Below are positions 36,501-45,296 of a stretch of 64,000 nucleotides of DNA, piece by piece. The notes beneath the pieces are model-generated. The model did no database searches. It saw only the letters and a list, made by a program, of their open reading frames with translations, and had not been told where the DNA came from. The translations under genes were made by a program, and so were the position numbers. The DNA comes from Patescibacteria group bacterium. GTDB taxonomy: Bacteria; Patescibacteriota; Patescibacteriia; UBA10025; JBIOWE01. The stretch lies in the NCBI GenBank assembly GCA_044868145.1, contig JBIOWE010000006.1, positions 14,558-78,557 on the forward strand, given 5' to 3'. Numbering within the stretch: position 1 is the first letter of the stretch; each line of letters begins with the position of its first letter.

Positions 36501-37934
36501 ATGGCGAAGAAATTCTACATAACGACACCTATTTACTACGTGAACGACCGCCCACACGTTGGCCACGCGTACACGACGATTGCTGCGGACGTTTTGGCGA
36601 GGCACTATCGCGCGAAAAAGTACGAGGTGTTTTTTTTGACGGGCACGGATGAATACGGCGATAAGGTGGCTGAAAGCGCGGAGCAACACGGTATGCATGT
36701 TCACGCCTTTGTTGATCAAAACAGCCAGGCGTTTCGCGAGGCCTTTGATCGGTTGAATATCAAGTACGACATTTTTATGCGCACGACCATGCCGGAGCAT
36801 GAAGCGTCCGTGAACATTTTCATAGAAAAGTTGTCTAAAGCAGGAGCGCTCTATCAGGATGAATACGTTGGTTTGTATTGTCGCTCATGCGAAGATTTCT
36901 ATACGGAAAAGGATTTGATTGACGGACTATGCCCGATCCATAAAAAACCGCTCGAGCAGTTAAAAGAAAAGAATTGGTTTTTTCGGCTTGAAACGTATTT
37001 GCCAGCGGTGCAAAAGCTCATTACGAGCGGCAAGATGAAGATTGAGCCGACGAAACGCAAGACCGAGGTGTTGGGCCTTTTCAAACAGGGGTTGAAGGAT
37101 TTCTCCGTGACGCGCGAACGCGTGCAATGGGGGATTCCGTTTGCCCAAGATCCGCGACAGAAAATATACGTGTGGGTCGAAGCGCTGCAAAACTACATTT
37201 CCGCGATTGGGTACGGCCGCGACTCTGAACGCTTTAAGAAATGGTGGCCCGCAGACGTGCATTTGATGGCCAAGGACATCATTAAGTTCCACGCGGTGTA
37301 TTGGCCGGCGATGTTGCTCGCGGCAGGCGAAAAGCCGCCGAAGAAAATATTCAGCCATGGGTTTTTCAGTATCAATGGCCAGAAAATGTCCAAAACCACC
37401 GGGAATGTGATTGACCCGAACACCATGGTGCAGAAATTCGGGGCAGACGCGACGCGCTATTTGCTTTTGACGCAATTCCCGTTCGGCAGCGACGGCGATA
37501 TCAAAGAATCGCTGTTCGTCGAAAAATACAACGCTGATTTGGCGAATAACCTTGGAAATTTGGTCAGTCGCGTGCTCAATATGATTGAGAAGTATACGGG
37601 CGGCGCAATTCCAAAAATCGTTGCGTCTCCAAAATCTTTGGCGAGCGTGGGCAAACACATCGAATCGCTTGAGTTTGATAAAGCGTTGAAAGAGATAGGC
37701 GCAACCATCACCTGGGCGAACGGCTATATCGACACCAACGCACCGTGGGATCTTGCAAAAGATCCCAGTCAAAAATCAAAACTCGAAACGGTTCTTTCCG
37801 AGCTTGCCGCAGTTTTGAAAGAACTCGCGCCTGCGCTTGGGCCGTTCATGCCAGTTGCGGCGGCAGAAATCCACAAACGTTTGGAACAACCATCCATAAC
37901 CAAAGGTCAACCATTGTTTCAACGATTAGCATAA
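36501..37934 (+). CDS. metG: Methionyl-tRNA synthetase (short form)
   Basis: PHVGHAYTT (HIGH), KMSKTTGN (KMSKS) and the CxxC...CxxC knuckle (CRSCEDF...CPIH). Confidence 0.9.
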   Translation: MAKKFYITTPIYYVNDRPHVGHAYTTIAADVLARHYRAKKYEVFFLTGTDEYGDKVAESAEQHGMHVHAFVDQNSQAFREAFDRLNIKYDIFMRTTMPEHEASVNIFIEKLSKAGALYQDEYVGLYCRSCEDFYTEKDLIDGLCPIHKKPLEQLKEKNWFFRLETYLPAVQKLITSGKMKIEPTKRKTEVLGLFKQGLKDFSVTRERVQWGIPFAQDPRQKIYVWVEALQNYISAIGYGRDSERFKKWWPADVHLMAKDIIKFHAVYWPAMLLAAGEKPPKKIFSHGFFSINGQKMSKTTGNVIDPNTMVQKFGADATRYLLLTQFPFGSDGDIKESLFVEKYNADLANNLGNLVSRVLNMIEKYTGGAIPKIVASPKSLASVGKHIESLEFDKALKEIGATITWANGYIDTNAPWDLAKDPSQKSKLETVLSELAAVLKELAPALGPFMPVAAAEIHKRLEQPSITKGQPLFQRLA

Positions 37935-37938
37935 CCAT

Positions 37939-38442
37939 ATGTCCACATTCGATATTATTTTGCTCATCGTGTTCGGTTCGTTCGTCGTCACCGGTTTTTG
38001 GGCAGGCTTAATTCAATCCATAGGCTCGCTTATCGGGCTGGTTGTGGGCTCGTACGCCGCGTCACGTCTGTATGACGACATAGGCGCGTTCTTTCAGTTT
38101 TTCCTGGTGAAGCAGGCGGTCGCGAACCTACTGGCCTTTATTCTTGTTTTTGTCGCAACCGGCAAGCTGATTGGCTTTGTGATGTACCGCGTGCAAAAAG
38201 CGTTTAAGGTCATTTCGTTCATTCCGCTCGTGGGCTTGGCGAACCGTTTGGCCGGCGCCGCGCTTGGCGTCCTTGAAGGCGCCATCGTGCTCGGGGTCGC
38301 GCTCATGTTCGCCAGTCAATTTTTCGCGGGCCAGCACTTCGGCAGCGTGATCGAAAGCTCGCAACTCGCACAGACTTTCATCAAAGTCGGCAAGATTATG
38401 ACGCCGCTTATCGCCGACGCGCTCCACCGCATTAGCCTATAG
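37939..38442 (+). CDS. cvpA: CvpA family membrane protein
   Basis: Four TM helices and the CvpA-like N-terminus (DIILLIVFGSFVVTGFWAGLIQSIGSLIGLVVGSYAA). Confidence 0.7.
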   Translation: MSTFDIILLIVFGSFVVTGFWAGLIQSIGSLIGLVVGSYAASRLYDDIGAFFQFFLVKQAVANLLAFILVFVATGKLIGFVMYRVQKAFKVISFIPLVGLANRLAGAALGVLEGAIVLGVALMFASQFFAGQHFGSVIESSQLAQTFIKVGKIMTPLIADALHRISL

Positions 38443-38530
38443 CTTATAGCGTATGGCATATGGCTTATCATAAGAGCGTTGCGTGTCCTTGCCTTGCTAT
38501 TTGCCATAAGCTATACGCCATATGCTAGTA
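38431..38530. repeat. Heptamer palindromic array, NTAT(A/G)GC units (copy Y)
   Basis: CCTATAGCTTATAGCGTATGGCATATGGCTTAT ... ATAAGCTATACGCCATATGCTAG. The array spans the whole cvpA-tatD intergenic space and overlaps the stop and start codons. Confidence 0.55.
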
Positions 38531-39361
38531 GACACGCATTGTCATTTGAATTTCCGTGCGTTCAAAGACGACGTTGACGAGGTTGTGAAGCGCACCCTTG
38601 ACGCGGGCATGAAAGTCATCAACGTAGGTTCGCAATATTCGACGAGCAAGCGCGCGGTTGATTTGGCGTGCCAGCATATCCGGCAATTGTACGCGGCCGT
38701 GGCGTTGCATCCCATTCATTTATTTGACGTGGAAGTGGACGAAGACGAGGTAAAGTTTCACTCGCGCAAAGAAGAGTTCGACCGTAAACAGTATGAGGAG
38801 TTGGCGAAAGACCCCGGCGTGGTGGCCATTGGCGAGAACGGCTTGGATTATTACCGGTTTCCCGAAGGCGTTGATCAAAAAGAAGTGATTGCCAAGCAAA
38901 AGGATACGTTTCGCAAGCATTTGGACCTGGCACGCGATTTAGAGCTGCCGTTTATTGTGCATTGCCGCAGCCCAAAGCAAAAGCCCGATTGGGCCTATGA
39001 AGATATCGTCGAGATTTTGAAAGAATATCCGGGCATGCAAGGCGTCATCCATTGCTTCACCGCAAGCATTCCAGTCGCGCGTCAGTTTTTGGACATTGGC
39101 TTCCATATTTCATTCACCGGCATTATTACGTTTCCGAACGCCAAAGATTTGGTGGAAGTGGTAAAGTACGTGCCGCTCGATCGTATTCTCGTGGAAACGG
39201 ATGCGCCGTACTTAGCGCCACAGCAATATCGCGGCAAGCGGAATGAACCATTGTACGTCCGTCATGTGGCAGAAAAGATTGCGGAAGTAAAGGGTGTAAG
39301 CTACAACGAGGTTGAAGCGCAAACCACGAAGAACGCGGTTGCGTTGTTTCGTCTAGAATGA
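38522..39361 (+). CDS. tatD: TatD family metal-dependent hydrolase/DNase
   Basis: MLVDTHCHLNF, HCFT and DAPYL motifs. Confidence 0.85.
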   Translation: MLVDTHCHLNFRAFKDDVDEVVKRTLDAGMKVINVGSQYSTSKRAVDLACQHIRQLYAAVALHPIHLFDVEVDEDEVKFHSRKEEFDRKQYEELAKDPGVVAIGENGLDYYRFPEGVDQKEVIAKQKDTFRKHLDLARDLELPFIVHCRSPKQKPDWAYEDIVEILKEYPGMQGVIHCFTASIPVARQFLDIGFHISFTGIITFPNAKDLVEVVKYVPLDRILVETDAPYLAPQQYRGKRNEPLYVRHVAEKIAEVKGVSYNEVEAQTTKNAVALFRLE

Positions 39362-39507
39362 CCTCCCACCGCCCCTGAGCCATTACCTCCCCTCTGGAAT
39401 GTATGCGCTAAAAGATGGAACGCATGACTCCCCTCCTTGGTAAGGAGGGGAAGAAAGTACGACGCACAATAATTTAAATTGAGAGCGGAAGGGGCGGTGG
39501 GAGGTCA
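39358..39507. repeat. Structured repeat, family A/B/C (copy A) flanked by an 18-bp perfect inverted repeat
   Basis: TGACCTCCCACCGCCCCT ... AGGGGCGGTGGGAGGTCA arms enclose a core TTACCTCCCCTCTGGAATGTATGCGC...ACTCCCCTCCTTGGTAAGGAGGGGAAG...ACGACGCA. The core is shared with the copies at 51115 and 56127. Confidence 0.6.
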
Positions 39508-39551
39508 CGGCTCATTGTTTTCGTACTCTATCTGCGTTACAATAAGCCCAT

Positions 39552-40586
39552 ATGGACACCGCTTCAATTATTTTATTAGTGATCGTCGTCGTTGGCTTTG
39601 CCGTACTCATTTGGCAATCGAATCGCAAAAAGCCGGACGTGGGCAAGGATAATTCCGTGCTCCTGATGCAAAACCAATTGAACGAAATCAATCGCACGCT
39701 GGACCAGAAGCTCGGCGAATCGGTGAAACACATGCAAAACCAGTTCGGCCAGTCCGCGAAAATCATCCAGAACGTTACGGAAAAACTGACCAAGCTTGAC
39801 GAAACGAATCGCCAGGTTGTCGGATTCGCGGATCAATTGCGCAATTTGCAGGATATTTTGCAGAATCCGAAGCAGCGCGGCATCCTCGGCGAGTATTATC
39901 TGGAAACCGTGTTGAAGAACGTTCTGCCGCCGAAAAGTTTTCAAATGCAATATAAGTTCAAAGACGGAGAAGTCGTTGACGCCGTGGTATTCGTGAAAGA
40001 CCGCATTATCCCTGTTGATTCGAAGTTTTCGCTTGAGAATTACAATCGCATTCTCGCGGCGCGGGACGACGAAGAGCGGCAGAACCTGGAAAAAGTGTTT
40101 AAGCAGGATTTAAAGAACCGCATTGACGAAACCGCGAAATACGTTCGGCCAAGCGAAGGCACGATGGAATTCGCGTTCATGTTTATCCCGAGCGAGGCGA
40201 TTTACTACGATTTGCTCGTGAACCAAATCGGCGCGATTAAAGTGAATACCCAGGATTTGATTCAATACGCGTTCAAGGATAAGAAAGTGCTGATCGTGTC
40301 GCCGACCACCTTTCTTGCGTACTTGCAAACCGTGTTGCAAGGGCTTCGCGCGCTGCAAATCGAAGAGTCCGCCAAAGAAATCCAGCACGGCGTCGAATTG
40401 CTCGGCAAGCATTTATCCAGTTATCAGGTCTACTTCAATAAGGTCGGCAATTACCTCGGCAGCGCCGTTGGGGCGTACAATAAAGCAGGCGACGAGTTCC
40501 GCAAGGTGGACAAGGACGTGGTGAAAATCACGGGGCAAGGTGTTGGCTACGAGCAGCAGATGCTGGAAAAGCCGCGGGAGGAGTAG
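39552..40586 (+). CDS. rmuC: DNA recombination protein RmuC
   Basis: N-terminal TM helix, a long coiled coil and the RmuC-like C-terminal domain (GEYYLETVLKNVLP...FAFMFIPSEAIYYDLL). Confidence 0.7.
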   Translation: MDTASIILLVIVVVGFAVLIWQSNRKKPDVGKDNSVLLMQNQLNEINRTLDQKLGESVKHMQNQFGQSAKIIQNVTEKLTKLDETNRQVVGFADQLRNLQDILQNPKQRGILGEYYLETVLKNVLPPKSFQMQYKFKDGEVVDAVVFVKDRIIPVDSKFSLENYNRILAARDDEERQNLEKVFKQDLKNRIDETAKYVRPSEGTMEFAFMFIPSEAIYYDLLVNQIGAIKVNTQDLIQYAFKDKKVLIVSPTTFLAYLQTVLQGLRALQIEESAKEIQHGVELLGKHLSSYQVYFNKVGNYLGSAVGAYNKAGDEFRKVDKDVVKITGQGVGYEQQMLEKPREE

Positions 40587-40612
40587 CAAATCGATTCATT
40601 TGGTGGCAATGT

Positions 40613-40963
40613 ATGAAACGAATAGTAATTATAATAGCCGCACTCCTGCTGGGTATCAGTTTAACAGTAGTCACGCGGCACGCGGAAAGCCTTTATCCAT
40701 TAGGCGAACCAGTTGAAGGCGCAAGTAATATCCAATTTATTGGCTGGCCTATAGCCACCGGCTGCAAAAACACACAGGAAGTTCAGCCGACGGAAGATGG
40801 GGGTACAATTTTTCTTTTGATCCCATGTCGTTACGTTTTGTTAGGGGGAGCAAATCTCATATTGAATGGATTATTTTTGAGCCTCGCATCGTTTGGTCTT
40901 ATTTTGTCGCTTGATGCGGTTGCTACGGCCATGATGAGACACAAGAAGCCGAGGGAGGAGTAG
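40613..40963 (+). CDS. Hypothetical secreted/membrane protein
   Basis: Signal peptide plus a C-terminal TM helix. Confidence 0.3.
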   Translation: MKRIVIIIAALLLGISLTVVTRHAESLYPLGEPVEGASNIQFIGWPIATGCKNTQEVQPTEDGGTIFLLIPCRYVLLGGANLILNGLFLSLASFGLILSLDAVATAMMRHKKPREE

Positions 40964-41093
40964 CCAGCCGTCAGCCATTCAGCCTTGCAGCCACACAGCG
41001 CCCGAAGGCAGTTTTTTTATCCCTTTACATCTCAACAAGGAACGTGATAAAATTGTTGAAACCATTATAGAACTTTAACAAAAGGAGGATTTC

Positions 41094-41636
41094 GTGGAGT
41101 TGATCAAAAAAATCAGAACCCTTCTGGGACTGCAGGTTACTGCTCAAGCGGGCGATCTCGCAGACCCGAGCAAGTTGCCGAAAAGCACCGATGAGGTCAA
41201 GGTCGTAGAGCAAGCGGACGAACTGCGGATGTATCCGTGCGGCCATGAGGGGCCAGCCTCGTTCCAGCTCTCTCTTTATGGGGAGTTATGGAAGGAAATG
41301 CATGAAGAAAAAGAATGTCCAACATGCTGGATTCAAAGAATCAAAAAGCATGTGATTCGCTGCGCTCTCTGCGGTCTGCCCATTTTCCCGGGTGAAGGCG
41401 TCGCCGTCTATCACAAATCAAGCGAGGGGTTGCGCCTTAAGATTGCCACATACGTGGGCAAGGAAACCGTACTCGGCTGTATGCGCTGGGATTGTTGCCC
41501 TTCCGGCGGATTCTTTGGAGGCCGCTGGACCGAACAAGGGTTCAAATCTCTTTTTGAGGGAAGAACAGCGGCGGAACAGGCGTATGTAAAAGACACCATG
41601 GTTATCGGCGACGTGGAAGAGGACAAGCAGGAATAA
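41094..41636 (+). CDS. Hypothetical Cys-rich protein
   Basis: Several CxxC/CC pairs with no family I can assign. A terminator hairpin at 41645-41678 follows. Confidence 0.3.
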   Translation: MELIKKIRTLLGLQVTAQAGDLADPSKLPKSTDEVKVVEQADELRMYPCGHEGPASFQLSLYGELWKEMHEEKECPTCWIQRIKKHVIRCALCGLPIFPGEGVAVYHKSSEGLRLKIATYVGKETVLGCMRWDCCPSGGFFGGRWTEQGFKSLFEGRTAAEQAYVKDTMVIGDVEEDKQE

Positions 41637-41720
41637 GAATGACAACGGCTATAGCATTTGTGCATAGCCGTTTTTTCTATCCTTCAAAAACCCAGGGGAA
41701 AATGGTAGAATGGAGGTACT

Positions 41721-42077
41721 GTGAAGTCAAGCACTATCGAAGAAAAGCAATCTTCAGCCCAAGCGAGGGTAGCATCGATCCAACATCATATTAATTTTGT
41801 CGGTATCGTTTTGGTTGTATTGCTTATTTTGAGTGTTCCATTCCGCGCGTCGACCACAACGTTGTACATAGCACATTGGATTGATACTGTTATTGGCTAT
41901 ATTGTAATCGCCGCGTTCGTGTTTGGCGTTTTGCTAGGTATCAATTTACTCGCTCGGAAGAAACAGGCGGAAGCGCACATCGCGAAGAATCTTATCGTTT
42001 GGAGTATATGCATATTTATCTTCCTCGCTCTGCTGAGCACCTCGATTATCCCCTCCAACCCGAGCGGAATCCAATAA
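41721..42077 (+). CDS. Hypothetical membrane protein
   Basis: Three TM helices. Confidence 0.3.
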   Translation: MKSSTIEEKQSSAQARVASIQHHINFVGIVLVVLLILSVPFRASTTTLYIAHWIDTVIGYIVIAAFVFGVLLGINLLARKKQAEAHIAKNLIVWSICIFIFLALLSTSIIPSNPSGIQ

Positions 42078-42084
42078 TAATTTC

Positions 42085-42402
42085 ATGACTTTTTTGCAAA
42101 AACATGCCGCGCTCACCTTTATGCTGCTCTACCTCGCAGTCGGTTTGGGCTATGCGGCAATCGGCGGGATGATACATCCTGATTCTGATATCGGCTGCGT
42201 CCTCTGCTTCCAGGGTATCTTCCCCTGGCTCATCATCGACCTGCTCTTCTGGCCCCTGTTTCCTTTTTTCAGTATTATGACTGGGATCATGGCTGTCGAT
42301 CCGATCCTCATGGTTGAGGGCTTCATGCAGCTTGTGATTATTGCCATCGTGTTCATTGGCTGGGGAGCTGTGGTGAAGCTTCCTAAGAAGAAAACAACAT
42401 GA
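42085..42402 (+). CDS. Hypothetical membrane protein
   Basis: Three TM helices. Confidence 0.3.
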   Translation: MTFLQKHAALTFMLLYLAVGLGYAAIGGMIHPDSDIGCVLCFQGIFPWLIIDLLFWPLFPFFSIMTGIMAVDPILMVEGFMQLVIIAIVFIGWGAVVKLPKKKTT

Positions 42403-42474
42403 TGCTTGATCAGCATTAGTTTTTTCGGTGGGGCATACCCTTGACATATATTATAATCGCATTATAATACACCC

Positions 42475-42714
42475 ATGACCCAAAAAGTTCTCCGCGTCGG
42501 CAGTTCCGCTGGCATCACGATTTCGAAGGAAGCGCTCAAGGCCTTAAAAGTTCGGGCTGGTGATTCGGTTGTAACCACAGTCTCCGAAAAGCTCGGCATT
42601 ATGGTCGTGAAGTCTTCAAAAAATCATACCTCCATTGACCTCGACATTATTGCCTGGACGAAAAGTTTTTTAGAGCAGTACGGGGATGATCTAAAGGCAT
42701 TGGCCAATAAGTAG
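42475..42714 (+). CDS. AbrB/MazE/SpoVT-type swapped-hairpin DNA-binding protein (putative antitoxin/regulator)
   Basis: VLRVGSSAGITISKEALKALKVRAGDSVV matches the looped-hinge-helix pattern. About 79 aa. Confidence 0.5.
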   Translation: MTQKVLRVGSSAGITISKEALKALKVRAGDSVVTTVSEKLGIMVVKSSKNHTSIDLDIIAWTKSFLEQYGDDLKALANK

Positions 42715-42851
42715 CCCCACTTGGCTGAAGCGGAACAGTCGACGGATGCGGCGGTAGCAAGGTTTTTTTCTTCGCTTCAAAAACCGTCGGGGAAAGCCTT
42801 GTTGGCCGATTTTCATTTGGTTGCGCGATTCTTGCGCGATCTAGAAATCCC

Positions 42852-42908
42852 ACTTGACACTACGTCATAATCTTATATAATCTTATATAGTCAGAATATA
42901 AGATTATG
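42852..42908 (+). promoter_or_regulatory. Promoter with a 13-bp perfect palindromic operator overlapping the -10 box and the fic start codon
   Basis: TTGACA-N17-ATAATC. Palindrome CATAATCTTATAT ... ATATAAGATTATG; the ATG of the Fic gene lies inside the right arm. Confidence 0.5.
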
Positions 42909-43970
42909 GTATTACAAAACACCAGGTTTGACAGGCGAATTCAACGGATAGCGCCTCTCATATTATCCTCCATCGCGCAGATCGATGAATTAAAAGGGCA
43001 GTGGATTTCCGGAGCGCGGTTGAGTCCGCAAACGCTCGGCCGGCTGAAGCGGGCCGTTCTGTTGACGTCAACCGGCGCATCAACGCGCATCGAAGGCGCG
43101 AAGCTTTCTGATGAAGAAATCGAGAAGCTACTCCGTGGTCTCCGCGTGGAGAAGTTCGCCGATCGCGACAGCCAGGAAGTGAGGGGTTATTATGAACTCT
43201 TGAATAATGTTTTTGATTCATGGAAAAAGATTCGTTTTTCCGAGAGCAGCGTAAAGCATTTTCACAAGGAACTGTTGAAGCATGTGGAGAAAGATGTGCG
43301 GCATCGTGGTGAATACAAGAAAATGGAAAATAGCGTCAACATGGTTGATACGAATGGAAACGTCGTCGGCGTTATCTTTAAGACGACGCCTGCATATCTG
43401 ACTCCGAAAGAAATGCGGGAAATTATGGAATGGACCACCAAAGCGCTCACGGAAAAACACTATCACCCTTTGCTCGTCATTGCGAACTTTCTCGTGGAAT
43501 TTCTCGCGATCCATCCGTTTCTCGATGGGAACGGCCGACTTTCTCGCATCCTGACGAACCTCCTGCTCTTGCAGGCCGGGTATGCGTATGTGCCATACGT
43601 TTCGCATGAAAAACTCGTCGAGACGAATAAATCGGACTACTATCTCGCGCTTCGGCAAAGTCAGAAAACGTTCAAAACCAATCAAGAAAACATAGCGCCG
43701 TGGCTCACGTTTTTCCTCAACATCTTCTCTGTGCAATCGAAGAGAGCCGTTGATTTGTTGTCAAAAGAAAACGTGGAAAAGATTCTGTCACACAAACAGC
43801 TCGCGGTTTGGCAATATCTTCAAACAGTAGCTGAAGCGTCACCAAGGGAAATTGCCGAACACAGCCGAGTCGCGCGCCCGACCGTCAACCAAGCGCTCGA
43901 TAAGCTTCTTCGCTTGAAGAAAATCGAGCGGCTTGGGGAGGGGAGAAGTACGAGGTATCGGAAGATCTAA
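42906..43970 (+). CDS. Fic family protein (Fic/Doc fold) with C-terminal winged-helix domain
   Basis: Canonical Fic motif HPFLDGNGRLSR. A C-terminal HTH region follows (PREIAEHSRVARPTVNQALDKLLRLKKIER). Confidence 0.85.
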   Translation: MVLQNTRFDRRIQRIAPLILSSIAQIDELKGQWISGARLSPQTLGRLKRAVLLTSTGASTRIEGAKLSDEEIEKLLRGLRVEKFADRDSQEVRGYYELLNNVFDSWKKIRFSESSVKHFHKELLKHVEKDVRHRGEYKKMENSVNMVDTNGNVVGVIFKTTPAYLTPKEMREIMEWTTKALTEKHYHPLLVIANFLVEFLAIHPFLDGNGRLSRILTNLLLLQAGYAYVPYVSHEKLVETNKSDYYLALRQSQKTFKTNQENIAPWLTFFLNIFSVQSKRAVDLLSKENVEKILSHKQLAVWQYLQTVAEASPREIAEHSRVARPTVNQALDKLLRLKKIERLGEGRSTRYRKI

Positions 43971-44117
43971 TTGTATTTAATAATAAAGGTGTTTTTACCT
44001 GAACTCTTTAAGGTGTAAAGAAAAAGTTAATTTATCAACTCCCGTCTCTACAATGAGGAATTGATTTTTTGATGGAAAAGTGGGAGAATGAGTATAGATT
44101 TACAATAAGAAAACAAC

Positions 44118-45242
44118 ATGGCAGGAGAACGAAAAATCTTCTTCGTAGTAGCAACGGGTGGTCAATCAACCCAGGAGCATTATGTCGATACGATTAAGAA
44201 TAAGCGGACGATAGACGAAGCTGCTCGTTTTTTAGATCCGCAAGATGCAAAAAAGTTGAATGAAAAAATGCATGGCCAACCTTTTGCAGTGTGGGGTGCC
44301 GTGCCCGGAGAACGGAACAATCCAACATGGGAAACAATGGAGGAGGGGGACTATCTTTTAATCTATCGTGAAAGCAAAATTATTCTTGCGGCCGAGGTGG
44401 CGCTGAAAGTTCGCAATCCGCGCCTAGCGAAACACTATTGGAAAGAAGACGTCAACGGAAAAACATGGGAGCTCATGTTTTTCTTGTACAACGAGAATGA
44501 GGTCAATGTTCCAATGAAGCGGCTCAACACCTACCTTGGATATGCGGAAACGTATCACCCGCAAGGATTTATGGCCATTCAGCAAGAGAAAACCGATGCC
44601 CTCCTTTCTCAATACGGCGATCTATTGTCGTTCTTATCTCGTATAGAATCCGGCCAGAAGCCGGAAGCCATCGATGTCGACAGAAAGAAAGTCTTTAATC
44701 AAGTTGTGGATGAGAAAGTGGAGCGAGCACCAACCGAGCATGATGAAATGCAGTGGCGCTTGATTCGTCTCGGTAATAAAGCACACCTCGACGTTTGGGT
44801 GCCGCAAAATGATCAACATCGTAGCTACGATGGTCATGAGTTTCGTCAGTTTGTTATCCCTAAGTTTCAAGAAGCGATTGACGTCCCGGCTTATATTAAG
44901 AACATCGACACAGTCTGGAAACTCGGATTATCGATTAAGTCAGCTTTTGAAATAGAACATTCCACCTCGATTTATTCAGGGATCCTCCGCCTCTCGGACT
45001 TGCGCTCCTTAGCGCCGAACTCAAATTATCCTTTGTTTATTGTATCGTCGCCGGAACGAAAGTCGAAAGTTTTTGAGCAGTTACGCCGCCCGACATTTGC
45101 AAATGAGTATCTACAACTCGATCGCGCAGTGCGGTTTCTCTCATATGACGCGGTCCGTAAGCTCGACGAGGACCTAAAAGATGGGAATGTTGGGTTTGAT
45201 TTGGCATGGCTGACCGAGCGGGCGGAGGGTGTGTCAGCATAA
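44118..45242 (+). CDS. Protein with N-terminal EVE/PUA-like domain and uncharacterised C-terminal domain (possible nuclease)
   Basis: N-terminal FAVWGAVPGERNNPTWETMEEGDYLLIYRESKIILAAEVAL fits the EVE pattern W-GVRN..ARN.L..M..GD..FFYHS...IVGIAEV. The C-terminus has D/E-rich strands (HLDVWV, AFEIEHS) but no clean PD-(D/E)xK. Confidence 0.4.
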   Translation: MAGERKIFFVVATGGQSTQEHYVDTIKNKRTIDEAARFLDPQDAKKLNEKMHGQPFAVWGAVPGERNNPTWETMEEGDYLLIYRESKIILAAEVALKVRNPRLAKHYWKEDVNGKTWELMFFLYNENEVNVPMKRLNTYLGYAETYHPQGFMAIQQEKTDALLSQYGDLLSFLSRIESGQKPEAIDVDRKKVFNQVVDEKVERAPTEHDEMQWRLIRLGNKAHLDVWVPQNDQHRSYDGHEFRQFVIPKFQEAIDVPAYIKNIDTVWKLGLSIKSAFEIEHSTSIYSGILRLSDLRSLAPNSNYPLFIVSSPERKSKVFEQLRRPTFANEYLQLDRAVRFLSYDAVRKLDEDLKDGNVGFDLAWLTERAEGVSA

Positions 45243-45296
45243 GTTGTTGTTCCACTGCCTGGAGCTCGAACGATTTTTTTTCAAGGCAAGTAAAAG

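Noticed and set aside
36960-37772. 270-aa minus-strand ORF inside metG
   Set aside because: It is opposite a gene with definitive HIGH/KMSKS motifs, with no RBS or motif support.
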